From contig NC_089430.1 of assembly GCF_026210795.1 (NCBI RefSeq), positions 5,146,001 through 5,210,000 on the forward strand: a stretch of DNA of 64,000 nt, in the 5' to 3' direction. The position numbers and the translations under genes are program-made. The notes beneath the pieces are model-generated. The model ran no database searches and was not told where the DNA came from. It worked only from the letters and a program-made list of their open reading frames with translations. The first letter of the stretch is position 1. The number at the start of each line of letters is the position of its first letter. Source of the DNA: Rhizophagus irregularis (lineage: Eukaryota). Of this stretch, positions 12,483 through 27,597 are shown piece after piece.

Positions 12483-13640
12483 TTCCGTGACTTTTATGTA
12501 CATATACAAAGTGGCGCAGCCTTATCTTCAAAATCATTTCATGCACGACGTTTATTTAATCGATGGAATAAACGTAGGAAAAAAAATAACTTTTCCAATC
12601 GACAAGGTACATCTTTTACCACGCAATATCGTGCGAACGGTCTCGAAAATATGGTTCAGAAAGCACAAAACTATATGTATAGGAAATATTATAGTGAATT
12701 TAAATATCGGTATAGTAGCTCCAAAAAAAGGCAGGAAAAACGCTTTGAACGCAACCGTCGACGAGTTTTTAAGAAAGCTGGCATAGATAGTATTTCCAGC
12801 ACCAAGGAAGAAAAACTTTTAGCCTCTAGACGTAGTACCTTCCTTTTAACAGAATCACAGTATATCGTTAAACCAATAATGCACCTCAAATACAAGAAGA
12901 AATTTACTTACCCTCTTCAAGGATTTTATAATTTCCCCATTCCGCACCTTAAGGAAACTTCGCCTGCTGTACCAGAGGTTGATATGACCAGTTTCTTCGA
13001 AGCTAATAGGAATTATATTCCTCCTACACCAGTCCTTACTCATCCGATTGACGTTAGTAAGGTTCCTCCTGATCTTATACCCTACATACCTGATTATCCG
13101 GTCTACTATGGTGATATTCATAACCACCTCAGTAATAAACAGAAGGCGCAACGGAAGCCTTTACAAGTGGGAAGTAAGAAATGGAAAGATCATATCCGAC
13201 AAATTAAATTCTTTAAGGAAAATCAACTCGCACGAGAACAAGAGCGTTTGGATCGCTTGGACAATGCTAAACTTTGGAATACGTCTCCTCATAAGGTGGA
13301 TCAACGCCTAAGTCATGAGCGTCTCCTCAATAAACTTCAGGATCGTTATGATGATTACAGAAAGATAAAATCTCAAGTTTCGACTATAGATAACCTCAAT
13401 AACGAATGTAAAAAATTATCGTCTTTAATTGAAGATGCTCACCTCGATTTAGCATTAACTCAACGACTATCTGGCGATACATCAGATGACACCAAGGCTT
13501 TCGAGCAGCGACCATGTAAACGCGTCGCCAATGTTAATCATAACTTAGATTTACTCCAATCTTCTCATACTAAGAAACGTATTCGTGCCTTAAATACTTC
13601 CGATGATGGAATTGTGTTAACTCCCGTTATCACTGAATAA
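12483..13640 (+). CDS. intronless basic, Pro-rich/coiled-coil ORF of unknown function, probably repeat-borne (first ATG at 12651)
   Basis: The frame is open from 12483 (FRDFYVHIQ..SFHARRLFNRWNKRRKK), 56 codons upstream of the first ATG. GC is higher than the flanks and there are no introns. Confidence 0.55.
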   Translation, partial: FRDFYVHIQSGAALSSKSFHARRLFNRWNKRRKKNNFSNRQGTSFTTQYRANGLENMVQKAQNYMYRKYYSEFKYRYSSSKKRQEKRFERNRRRVFKKAGIDSISSTKEEKLLASRRSTFLLTESQYIVKPIMHLKYKKKFTYPLQGFYNFPIPHLKETSPAVPEVDMTSFFEANRNYIPPTPVLTHPIDVSKVPPDLIPYIPDYPVYYGDIHNHLSNKQKAQRKPLQVGSKKWKDHIRQIKFFKENQLAREQERLDRLDNAKLWNTSPHKVDQRLSHERLLNKLQDRYDDYRKIKSQVSTIDNLNNECKKLSSLIEDAHLDLALTQRLSGDTSDDTKAFEQRPCKRVANVNHNLDLLQSSHTKKRIRALNTSDDGIVLTPVITE

Positions 13641-14158
13641 TTCAGTTGTTAGGTTCTTTATTTTTGAAAATTCCTCGTCCGTTCCCTGTTAAATTGCAGA
13701 CTTCCAGAGAAATGGACCGTAACCATAGTTTTTTTAATTTTTATATTATAGTATAGTTTTATTAGATATAATTTTATATCGTTGTAATTAGTCTGATTTA
13801 ATTTTGAGCTAACATTCTCTTCATAGTTTACTTCTGCTTATATAGCGTGATTTCATTTTTTTTCTCTTCTTCTTTAACAACTTGAATAGTGTTAATCACT
13901 CCTCCTCTCACAGTATTCACAGGAGGCAGCCTTTTAGGTTGAAAGAAAAATACGGTTCGGCAGACTATGTTCGATTGTTTTTTCCTTTCCTATTTTGATT
14001 CGGTTGGGTTTCAGAATAGTTTTTCCTATAATTCTAGTCAGGGCTCGATTTATTGGGCGACGATTCTACATTGTGTGTTTTTATAATTTTAATTAGCTTT
14101 AATATTATCAATGTATTCTCCTGGCTTACCTTAAAATAAAATAAATAAATAAATAAAT
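12483..14158 (+). mobile_element. 5'-truncated non-LTR-like element ending in (TAAA)n
   Basis: ORF followed by an approximately 500-bp trailer and the tail ttaaaataaaataaataaataaataaat at 14131-14158. No RT motifs seen. Confidence 0.4.
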
Positions 14159-14656
14159 TTTATGTACATATAGCTGTTAATATAATAGATATCGATTACC
14201 ACTCTTTTTGAAATAAAATAAAACGAATAAATAATACAATATTTGTGATGGGATGATTTACGAAATTTATCAGTTTCCGCAGTAACAGAGTTGCGTTTAA
14301 CAATGGTTAAAATAATCAGAAAAAATTTTTGATAGCATATCAAACTAACAAAGTATTATTGTAAATTACATTATAATTATAAGTTGTGTTCTGATTAAAA
14401 TCAAAATAAATTATGTCCAGACACAATCACGATTCGCTAAACTTTGTACAGTAAGAAAATCCTTCGTTCCTGTCATAAAAAAATTAACTACGTAAATATA
14501 GTAACACGCAAAAAAAAAGGAAAATTTTATATTCCTACGATCTCTCACTAGAAAACTGACCAATAATGGATAATCCGAGGGTATCATTTGATGATCAAAT
14601 ATTATAGATTAACCTTTTTAAATAACAAAAAATTTCGGTTTTAGCGCTATTTCTAA

Positions 14657-14951
14657 GGCCAAGTAAATAAATTTATTCGTTTCTCATGACCGGGCGGGTC
14701 ATGTAAATGTTGCGAAAAGATAAAAAAATTTATTTTATTTGGTCATGTGATTTTGGTTTTGACCAATCATAATCATAAAAAAATAATTTTTTTTTCCACC
14801 CGGTAACCCGGGCAAAAAATTTATTAAATCAACCAATCATCTTCTAGGAATCGGCTAAATTTTTTTTTGAAAATAAATTTTTTTTCCGGGCGGCCGGGTC
14901 AAATTTAGCAATTTTTTTTCATGAGAAACGAATAATTTTATTTCTTTGGCC
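14657..14951. mobile_element. PIF/Harbinger (Tourist-like) MITE upstream of the GH47 gene
   Basis: 33-bp TIR ggccaa..aaataaa.ttattcgtttctcatga with 3 mismatches. TAA TSD at 14654-14656 and 14952-14954. Confidence 0.8.
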
Positions 14952-15278
14952 TAATCTATGTCGGACAAAATTTTTTTTTTGGTAGTGAAAACCCGGATAT
15001 GCGTCCGTAAAGTAACTACTTTAGGTGATTTACATATCACAAAATACTCCTAATATTATGTTTGTGTAGCATTTGTGTAGCTCAACAATTACCGAAATTA
15101 CAATAAAAAAACTTCATTCATTGAGTCTTTATACTTTTTTTTCGCCTTTTTTTTTTACAAATTTGAAAGACCTTTTTTTTTCTTAATTTCAAATCGTTTC
15201 TCTTTAAGAAATTTTGGCTTTTTTAATAATAATTTTTTTCAACAACCTTACTTTTAATAAATATTAGTATTAATAAAC

Positions 15279-17768
<2,490 letters not shown>

Positions 17769-18399
17769 AAAAAAAAAAACTTTTACATAATTATTTTTAT
17801 TATTTATTTATTTATTTGGTGATAGATTTTATAGAATTGTATATAAAATTTAAATATAATTAAATTATTTTAATTCGAATCAAATGAATTGTTAAAAGTA
17901 AAAATAAAAACTATGATTTTTACCTTTTCAAAAGTGTATTTAAGTTGACCATTTTTTTTATGATAATATTAATTAAAAATGTTTTGAGTTCAATAATTTT
18001 CTAAAAACTATTTTGGATATTTAAACGGAAAAGATTTTATTGATGTTTATATAACGTGAAATAATCGATATTATTGACGTTCACGATACTTTCTAATACA
18101 GTTTTATACGTAAATCACAACACTTCTTGTATAGTAATTAAATATTTTGTGTCAAATTATCACCAGGTACTACGGTAATAAAATAAAAATTAATAGTGCA
18201 GAAGTAGCCGAATAATTAAGAATAGAAATTCTCTTTTATTATAACGTAAATAAATCTACGAAATAAATAAATCCTGTGATAAAAATAAAACAGGTTTAAA
18301 AATAAAAAAATAACGTTATAACATTTGCAGGTATTTAATGTAATTCTTATAAAATCTTCTAAATAACTTTGCAAATATCAAATTTAAAATATGCTGCGC

Positions 18400-19480
18400 C
18401 GGCCTAATTCACGTATTCTACATAGGGTTTATTTTTAGATTAATAAATAAAACGGGATGTCAATATTAACAATTAAGTATTTTAAATTTTTAATAACTTA
18501 CCTCTTCTTAATCCGAATACCGGGATGCTTCTGCTGTATCCACTGTTGTGCATATAGCATTCCTTCTCTATTGCGAAAATATAGAAATAAAGATACCTCG
18601 TTGGTACCGGTGCCACCATCCGAACAATCTCAATGAATTATAGCAATCCGTTATGTCATCATTATACCAATTTCGTATCATCACCATCGGATAGCCGAAG
18701 AACCTTCATTCCTTTGGTGTTAGCCAAAAAATTTTATAATAATTGTCAAGTGGTATGAAAGTTGTATGAAGAAACGGTCTTTTCACACGATATGGCACTC
18801 CTGGAAATATATTGAATTTGTCATCTATTTAGTAAAAAGAAGTACAGGTTTTTAGAAGCAGATTTGAGACGTAACCATGAAAATTGATTATACTTGAATG
18901 CCAAGCCCAAATCTCCACATTCCATTTTCGTTGTAATGCACCCTGAATATTGCGGAAATAATCACAATCTCCCGAAAAATGGCTATTTTTGCGGGAGTTT
19001 TTGTGAAAATAATTTAATCTATGTGAAATCCCATTGCATTATCGGTCATTTTTTCTTTTTTAGTATCATTCTCATAAATAACTTTATCATATATATGTAT
19101 ATCATATCCATCTTTCCTAATGCGATCCCATAGTGAGTCAAGATATGTTGGTCGAGAGCCAATGATAGTCGAAGGATGTCCCAGATTGCGATTTTTTTGA
19201 ATGGCTCGGAGGAGTCATCCATAATCAATAAAAATTTTAATATTTTCGCCTAAACTCTCCATTCGACGGATAGATTTAGATGCCTCAATAAAGAAATTCG
19301 AATTATCTACAAAAATATATAGGTCTTCAGAAGATCCTCTGTTTTCTATAACTAAAAGAAAAATTTTCGAATAAGTCAATACCGAACAGACAACGGTACA
19401 GAAGTTAAGCACTCATGTACGTGTTGACTAATTATTATGATTACCTTGATTTTCATTTTCTTTACCAGAATGAGATATGA
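18400..19480 (-). pseudogene. NYN-domain (LabA/DUF88, PIN-like RNase) pseudogene
   Basis: LYIFVDNSNFFIE, IDYG*LL, IIGSRP..DSLW, KEKMTD, GDCDY, WNVEIWAW. At least two in-frame stops and one frameshift. Outer limits approximate. Confidence 0.8.
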
Positions 19481-20589
19481 TTCAAAATATAACTAAGGCA
19501 GTTAATATAGTAATGGTATACAATATTAAAAAATTTGTTACACAGCACAGAATATACCAGGCGTAATAAAAGTCTTCAAGTATTTAAGATTAGCGTTATC
19601 TGTTTGTAGGGAATGAAGATATGTCAACGCTACGGATATTTGATCTTTATTCTTAGTAAAATAAGAATATATTTTAATTTGGTCATCTTGAGTAGATTTA
19701 TTATTAAAATAATAATAAATATGGAATCAGGCGATTTTACAAAAGAATTTATTCATCTTACTAACCTCTCTGACGTTGACCCAAAATAAGTATAAATTTT
19801 TTTTTTTTTTTTTTTTAGAAAAATAACAGTAATATGTAATAAATTGTAACAAATTTTTTTTTGAAAAAAGCTCACATTTATAATGTCATTTTAAGTCATT
19901 TAATTATCCATTTTTGGTATTTTTAGAATATTTGTATTCAATAGTATCCCAAATTATTTCATGATTTTTTTTTCTTAATATTCTCACGGATTATATTTAA
20001 TCAAAATATAATTATTAGTTAAATAAAGTACCGAATCAATTATTTCAGGATTTTTATTAGTAGGTTATTTGGTCATTTTAAAATAACCAATAACATATGA
20101 GGGATAATAACGTGCCATGTGGATCATTAGTGATCACGTTATGAACACGTTTTGTCTTTTGAGATGCATCAATCAAACTATATACATCATATTAAATAGA
20201 TTCATTGATATAATCAAAGTTTCAGATTTTACATTTTGGACGTGTAAATGACATTTTTATATTTTTATGTAAGATGATGTTAGATACAGTAGTGTCAAAT
20301 TATTTTTTGGGAAATCATTAAATCTTTCGCAATTGAACAATCTTGATTAACAGATTGATTGACAGTTGTTATATTGTCATCCACTTTCGAAATACTGTAA
20401 ACATAACTCGATTTAAAATAATTTTAATTAGATTTTATATTCTTTTTTTCTAATTTTTATAAATTCTGTATAAAATCATTTCATTTGAAAATTTTAGAAG
20501 CCAAGCAAAATACATTATAAAATCTACATAATTGATTCAAGTATAAGTTCATAACCGTGATATAAGTTTCTAAATTTTACGATTTCTTC

Positions 20590-21240
20590 TCGAAAAAATA
20601 ACCATTTCATCCAAAGATTTTGTCGTCATCAGAGTATTATATATTTATTGACTTTTCTAGAAGTAATTTATTAAGTTTATTAGTAGACATTTAAAATTTC
20701 TAATTGCATTTAAATCCAAATATTTGTTAGAAGAATCATAACAAACTAAATTAATTAAAAGGTTTTATAACTGATAAGTATATAAATTTGTTATACCTAC
20801 CTCTTACCGTTTATTCTCCAGATAACAATGTTTACACAAATCACGACGATCACAAATGAGTTTAAAGAAGTCTGGCAAAGATGCTAAAGACAGTAATCGT
20901 GTTTATTTCCATATATTTTGCAATTGATTTGTGTCTATCAGCAATGGTTAGTTACAGAGGTTAGGAAAAAAAGGGTGATTTTGTAAAAGGTGTTGCATAA
21001 TGTGCTGTCCAGCTCAAAATCATCCTTATTAAACTATAAATGCAAGGTCAATGAAGTATAAGAAGTTCAGGTGCTTGGGAAAGTGTTTGGAAGCTTCACA
21101 AAGTGGGGAGGAATCAAGGATAAAAAAGTATAGGTCATTATTCTGGCTCGTCCAATAGGAACTTGGGAGAAATTAGCAGATCACATAATAACAATATGAT
21201 AATTCTTCCAACAGAGTCAAGAAGCTTCATAAACTCAAAC
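20590..21240 (+). pseudogene. degenerate Crinkler-type PD-(D/E)XK nuclease-like pseudogene
   Basis: VTEVRKKGDFVKGVA*CAVQL, SSLLNYKCKVNEV, VLGKVFG at about 20950-21090. Same motif order (AQxxxQLESS-basic tract-GI) as the 7721-8910 relic. Confidence 0.5.
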
Positions 21241-22450
21241 CAGATATAATTTGGATATATTATTATCCATTTTCTTTAGAAAAGAAAAAATTTCATAAAA
21301 AAGTGCTGGCGTTAAACAGTCGCTAAACTGTCCTTTACTTTCGCTTTCATTTAACAAAGCAATTCGATATTTATTTATTTTATTTTTATTATAATGACAA
21401 GAACAGAGGAGAATACATAACAGATATACAAGATAACTACAATACATACATTATAGAGATTCTTCATATTAGAAAGATAACCCAAAGATTAACTGAAAAA
21501 AATTTTACCAAGATTGAGTAGTTGTTGATGGTGAGAATATTATAAACTGTCTAATTAAGGAAGTAAACCAAGTTATAACCAAAAATAATGGAATTTGCCA
21601 TATATTTCAAAATTATTTAATCAAAAAGAGACCGAAAACTTGATTGTTTCGCTACAGTAAACTTTAAATCTAAAAATTCCTCTACAAGAAATTTATTATT
21701 TGAATTCATTTCAAAATCCGATTTATTGTTTTTCAATAAAATATAATTTTAGAATATGTAATTTATTTTTCCATTTCAAATATTCTTTATCAAAAACTTG
21801 AAATATGTCGAAGAAAAAACAATATAAGATAAATCCTAAAAAGTCAACTAATGATCAATTTAAGATTTAGAGCTATACTTGAAATTATATATAAATTAAA
21901 AGAATTTTAAAATGAATTAATAAATAGAAAAAATCATACAAAAAAAGTTGATTTTTTAATAAATTTTCCAAAAATTATTTCATAAAATATTAAAATATTG
22001 AAATAAGTAATATAACAGCAGATAACAAAATGAATGAAATCCGCATAATCAAATAAACTCAATTTTGACAAATTTAATATTCTTCTAAAATAAGTACTAC
22101 GTAGTTTTTGAAGGAAATTTAGTAATTAATATTTTTTATAATTTAAAAATTGGAATCATAATTTCAAATTTGTTATAAATTGATTAAATTCTATTGAATA
22201 CTAGGAAAACGGTAACCATTAAAGTCCTTAAATTTGAATGTTAAAAATTCCTTCAATGTGTTAGTCCTAAGACTTTGCACAATAATTCAAAAACAAATAG
22301 TCATAAATTAGATATATAAATTATTTATTAGCTATATTTATATGAAATCAATTTAATAAATTAGTAAAGTATTTGTTGCTGACTTAGCCAAGTCTTTTTA
22401 AAAAAGTTGTTGTCACCTGATCACCACGTTGAGGTGCAGCAACATTGATC

Positions 22451-23140
22451 AGGGGGGAAAGGGGAAACGAAAGGGAAAGGGGAACGCGAAAAGGAAAGGA
22501 AAACGAAAGGGAAAGGGAAAAACGTAAGGAAAGGGAAACGAAAGGGAAAGGGGAACGCGAAAGGGAAAGGGAAAACGAAAGGGAAAGGAGAAAACGAAAG
22601 GGAAAAGGGAATATGAAGGGAAAGGGGAATACGAAAGGGAAAGGGAAACGAAAGGGAAAGGGAAACGAAAGGGAAAGGGGAAAACGAAAGGGAAAGGAAA
22701 AACGCAAGGAAAGGGAAACGAAAGGGAAAGGGGAACGCGAAAAGGAAAGGGAAAACGAAAGAGAAAGGGGAATGTGAAGGGAAAGGGGAATACGAAAGGA
22801 AAAGGGAAGGGAAAGGGAAAACGAAAGGAAAAGGGAAAACGAAAGGGAAAGGGGAATACGAAAGGGAAAGGGAAACGAAAGGAAAAGGGGAAAACGAAAG
22901 GAAAGGGGAACACGGAAGGGAAAGGGGAACGCGAAAGGGAAAAAGGGAAAGGGGAATACGAAAGGGAAAGGAAACGAAAAGGAAAGGGGAAAACGAAAGG
23001 GAAAGGGGAATATGAAGGGAAAAGGGAATACGAAAGGAAAGGGAAACGAAAGGGAAAGGGGAATACGAAAGGGAAAGGGAAACGAAAGGGAAAGGGAACG
23101 CGAAAGGGAAAGGGAAAACGAAGGGAAAAAGGAAAACGAA
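22451..23140. repeat. purine-rich degenerate satellite built from GGGAAA / AAACGAAAGGGAAAGGG units (about 690 bp)
   Basis: Overwhelmingly G/A on the + strand with repeated GGG runs. The overlapping FP-rich and KG/ER-rich ORFs derive from the repeat. Confidence 0.95.
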
Positions 23141-23688
23141 CACACAAACCTACACACAACAACACATATCTAAAGGAAGAGCCTAAGAATAAAGAGAATA
23201 AGGAGAAGATTTAGATAGAGAGGAAACAGACCTAAAAAAAGAAGACAGAAAAAAAAATAAAGAAAACCGACATATTTATATTATTTCCTTTAAATTATAC
23301 TCATGACAAAACCCATGAGTCATTTTTTTCGCGTAACTAACTTTTATTTGACCGATGAGTAATTACTAATTATATTTACTAAAAAGGAAATGCAGGAGGC
23401 GAATAAGGATGACGTAGATGGCATAACTCCAGACAATAATATGATTTTGTGATTTGTCCGAAGTCACGTGTAACCCTGCAAATCCGGTTGCTTACGCCCC
23501 TTAGCAGAATGTTTGTTTTATGAAATAATTCTTTATAAGTTACATAGATAAATTGGTTTAACTCGCAAACAATGATTTGAATAACTAAAATCTACTTGCA
23601 ATTCAGGCCACAACCAGCATATGGAGTTAAACTAATTCTTTCATTCAAGGAAGGTTAAGTTTTAGTCGACATCTTTATATAAAAAATA

Positions 23689-23824
23689 CCGTATTTGCCC
23701 GAAAATAAGCAATCACCGAAAATAAGCAACATGGCCCGCATTATAACAAATTTTGGCCCACATTATTTAAACTTGGCCGGCATTATGTGCAAAAACTTGT
23801 TGCTTATTTTCGGGCAAATACGGG
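23689..23824. mobile_element. Tc1/mariner (pogo-like) MITE
   Basis: 24-bp perfect TIR ccgtatttgcccgaaaataagcaa, flanked by TA. Confidence 0.8.
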
Positions 23825-24251
23825 TAATTGTTAAATGGAAATTTATTAAAGAATAGAGTAATTATACGGTGATAAACAAATCTTATCTCAATTGCTTTAC
23901 TTTCATATACACTATATTGAAGAATTATTATGCAATAAGAATTTTAAATCGATCAAATTTTTAATTCGTGCCCAAACATGCATATTTAAAATCAAATCTT
24001 TAGCACTTCAAGTGCTATAAAACTACTATATCACTATTAGATATAAACTAGTTGATAGTAAACATAAAGCTGAAGAAAAACCCATTTTTCAAAATTAATA
24101 GATATTCGAAGCGGACCAGGGCATTTTGAAGGTTAAAAGAACTTCTAAATTTTATTATTTTATTTTTTTAATGTTTGCTTTTCTTTTTTTTTTTAGGTTC
24201 GGGCTATACGGAATTTTGAAATCATTTATTATAAAGATATAATTTATTATG

Positions 24252-24392
24252 GGGTATGGTACGAAATCCCGAAAAATTGACCCACATTAAGCTTTTAATG
24301 CTTCCCGAAAGTCGCTCTGTAAGATTTTGACCTGTCGGGATTTCGTACCTGTCGGATTTTGGATTTCAGTTTCGGGATTTTGGATGGCACCC
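24252..24392. mobile_element. Mutator-like MITE
   Basis: GGGT...ACCC termini with aaatcccgaaa inverted. Exact 9-bp TSD tttattatg at 24243-24251 and 24393-24401. Confidence 0.8.
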
Positions 24393-24545
24393 TTTATTAT
24401 GTAATATAAAATATATTGTACACCAGTATTTTTATACTCCAAAGATTTGCAAAAAAAGGAGAATTTTTAAATAAAAGATTGTTTTTATTATATTAAAAAA
24501 GGATCGGTAAACAATGTGATAAGTTAATCCGATGATGAGAATCCC

Positions 24546-24665
24546 TATAGGTGTTATCGGAATTATTTTTACGGTTACGGCAAATGCCGTAACGCCGTAA
24601 TTAAAATGCCGTAAATACCGTAATGCCGAAATGTCGTAAATTAGAGGATTCCGACGGTACCTATA
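24546..24665. mobile_element. hAT-like MITE
   Basis: tataggt...tcggaat / attccga...acctata TIRs and internal gccgtaa repeats. Exact 8-bp TSD agaatccc at 24538-24545 and 24666-24673. Confidence 0.8.
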
Positions 24666-27183
24666 AGAATCCCGGTTATAAATAATTAAAAATTTTAAAA
24701 TTTTGACCAGTGTATAAAAATTATTTCTTTAAACTCATTAAAAATTAATAATAATCCATGTTAATGTTTGAAATTGAATGAAATTTGTCATCTATATAAC
24801 TAAAAAGTTTAGTATGAATGATGCAGCAGAATGATTTTAAAAAGAAAGCTTTTTTCGGTCTTTTTTTTTTAGGCCAAATATTTATTTTTTTTTGGTTTCT
24901 TTTTTGGACCAAAGTTTTTTTTTTAGGCTGAATTTTTTTTTTCAATGGTAATATTTTTTTTTCTGTTTTTTTTTTAAAACTGATATTTAAATAATTTTTT
25001 CTTAAAGCTGAAACTGAATTTTAAACCGCCCCGGTTTTTTTAAAACTGATTTTTTTTTCCCTTTATAATTTATTAATATTCTTTTTATTTTTATTAACTT
25101 ATATATGTATAGGTATATTATTATTTATTTCATCTTTGGAGTTTTCAGAAAAATGATCCAGTCCAGTTCGGGAAATAGCCAATCGGGAAATTGACTTCAG
25201 GGAAATGATATGTTCAGGCAAATAACACAGGCATGATCAGATCGGCGGTACTTCCCTTTTTTTTTAAAATAATTTCTTTCTCGGATCGGCAATATAAATA
25301 AATATATATATTGAAACAAATATGGTTGGTATGATTTTTTAGTTTGAATAAGTACATTTTTTAAGGGTAGAGAATTCTCCTTAATGAAAATCACTTATAG
25401 GAAATGTCCAAAAAAATCTGTACAATACTTCTTTAACCTCTGTAATACCTAACATAAAAGGATAAAATTCGTAATAGTTATTTTATGGGGAGTCATGAAT
25501 ATCAATGATTTTCACGGATGCGCCGTGAAAATCATGATATTTATGCGACACGTGAAATAACTCTTTTATCTCATGGAGACTAACGTTCCAGTGATGGGAA
25601 AGAGTGGGAAAGGTATAAATAAACTATAAAAACACGTGAGCATGAATAATATCATCAGAAAAATTACAGGCATGAATATATCATCAAAAAAATCACTGGT
25701 GACCAATTAAGTAAACAAGATCTTTTTTATTAAAAAATTTTTTGAGAAAATTATTGGTTACCATATTTTTGGTTAATTTAATAACATCCTATGAATGTAT
25801 ATGTATAATTTATAATTATAAAATTCTAAATTATATTTATTTTTTTTTAGATAATTTATAGCATAAATTTGAATGTTTAAACACTATTAAAGACTTTATA
25901 AGCTTTATTGGTAGGTGGTAAAGGATTTAGAATTTAAAATTTCATTAAATGTTCGTATTTTTTGTATAGTTATGGAAGATATTATCTTTTTTTTTATATA
26001 CAATACTTTAGAAAATAAATGTACTATTACTTATTTTGAATATACAACTAATAAATAATTAAAGTATACTATTTTGAATATTAGAATAAAAGAATATTGT
26101 TATTTCGTTTTTTTTTTCTTTATTTCGTGCGACTGTTCGTCGCGTTTACGTGCCATATTGATGACGATACAATCAAATAGTGCAAGTAAAATATTTTGCC
26201 GATCTTATGTTTGTCACATGATGCAAATCCGAGTTTCAGAGTAAAAATCAATTAGTGAGGTTACTCTACCTTATAAAAAATTTTATCCGTTATTTCTGTA
26301 AAACTCCGTAAAAATGAGCCTTTCATGGATCCATTCAATAACTTGATAAATTCCGTGATATAAGACTATTAATTCCGGAAATATGAGCCTTTTACGGAAA
26401 AAAGACGGAATATAAAAAACGGATCGACTTTTTTCACAGAACTGCCCTTTAAAAATTTGATTTAAATTAAAATTTATGATTTTTTTTTAAATCTTATAAT
26501 AATTAATAATAAAAAAAGAATAATATTAAAATAATTTATCTTATTTAATTGGTAAAATTTTAATAAATTTTATTTTTTACTCATATTATAATTCAATTAT
26601 AAATAAACATCAGAAATTTCATTAATGTTGATTTATCCTGTTGCAACACAACAGGTTACACTAGTTTTATAAATACATATATTTTTTTTAACATGATTGT
26701 CTTGGATGATGAGTATCGGAATAATGATCACTTTCAGGATTATGGTTTGCCAACACTCGTTAAATTATAATAATTAGATAATTTATCATTTTTTCCTTTT
26801 TTTTCTGCCGTAATAATTACAACAAATGTACCGTAACCATTATAGGCTACCATCTTATCTATTATACTAATAAATTACATTATTACAATACGTTACAATG
26901 GTTTGTGAGGTTTGTTACCTTATAAATTTCTAATAAATGAAATCTCGCATCTCTTTTTTATATTTAGATTATTATTTTTTTTTAAAAAGAAGATACAGTA
27001 GGCAAGAATTGTCATTTTCATCATTTTACTTATGGCTTTTATGGGTTTAAAAAAAAATTTGGGATAATCCCCCTTTGATTCTTTGATTATCCGAATTATA
27101 TATAATCTTGCCATTCCCACCAAATTTTTTTTTTTTTACAGAATCGTCATAACAAAACGTAACATCATAAATCTAAAACCAAT

Positions 27184-27597
27184 ATGAAACCTCAAAGCTT
27201 TTACCTTCTTACCGTCTTTTTCATGTGTTTATTTGTTCTTAAAAGCCAAGGTATAGTTCTTATCATATTCAGTATTTTCTCCATTCTCTTTTCTAATAAT
27301 TCGACTTTTTTTGTTTTATGTATAGCAACTAAGGTCTCAATATTGGAGAATGTGGGTGCTTTTTGCAGAATTTGGATAGAAGATTCAAATCATAAGCGCA
27401 TAGCTGGTGATGGAAAAGGACATTACCGTGTTTGTGATACAGTCAGTTATAACCACATTGAATTTAGCGATCAAGAGTACTATATTGTTGCGAAAGTTTT
27501 AACTAGTTTTGAGAAACAAAAACGCCGAGGTCCTTTCAAAGGCGAACATTACTGTTCTATACATGGCGAAGTTGATAGTTGGGATTTTGACTGTTAA
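27184..27597 (+). CDS. small secreted cysteine-containing protein, candidate effector (112 aa after removing intron 27251-27325)
   Basis: Signal peptide MKPQSFYLLTVFFMCLFVLKSQA, a 75-nt in-frame GT-AG intron, and a mature part with 4 Cys and RGPF...HG...W.F.C. Confidence 0.8.
   Translation: MKPQSFYLLTVFFMCLFVLKSQGIVLIIFSIFSILFSNNSTFFVLCIATKVSILENVGAFCRIWIEDSNHKRIAGDGKGHYRVCDTVSYNHIEFSDQEYYIVAKVLTSFEKQKRRGPFKGEHYCSIHGEVDSWDFDC

Noticed and set aside
22384..23214. Five overlapping ORFs (FP-rich, KG/ER-rich) of 110-257 aa
   Set aside because: They are stop-free only because of the purine-rich satellite, are open in most frames, and have no domain content.
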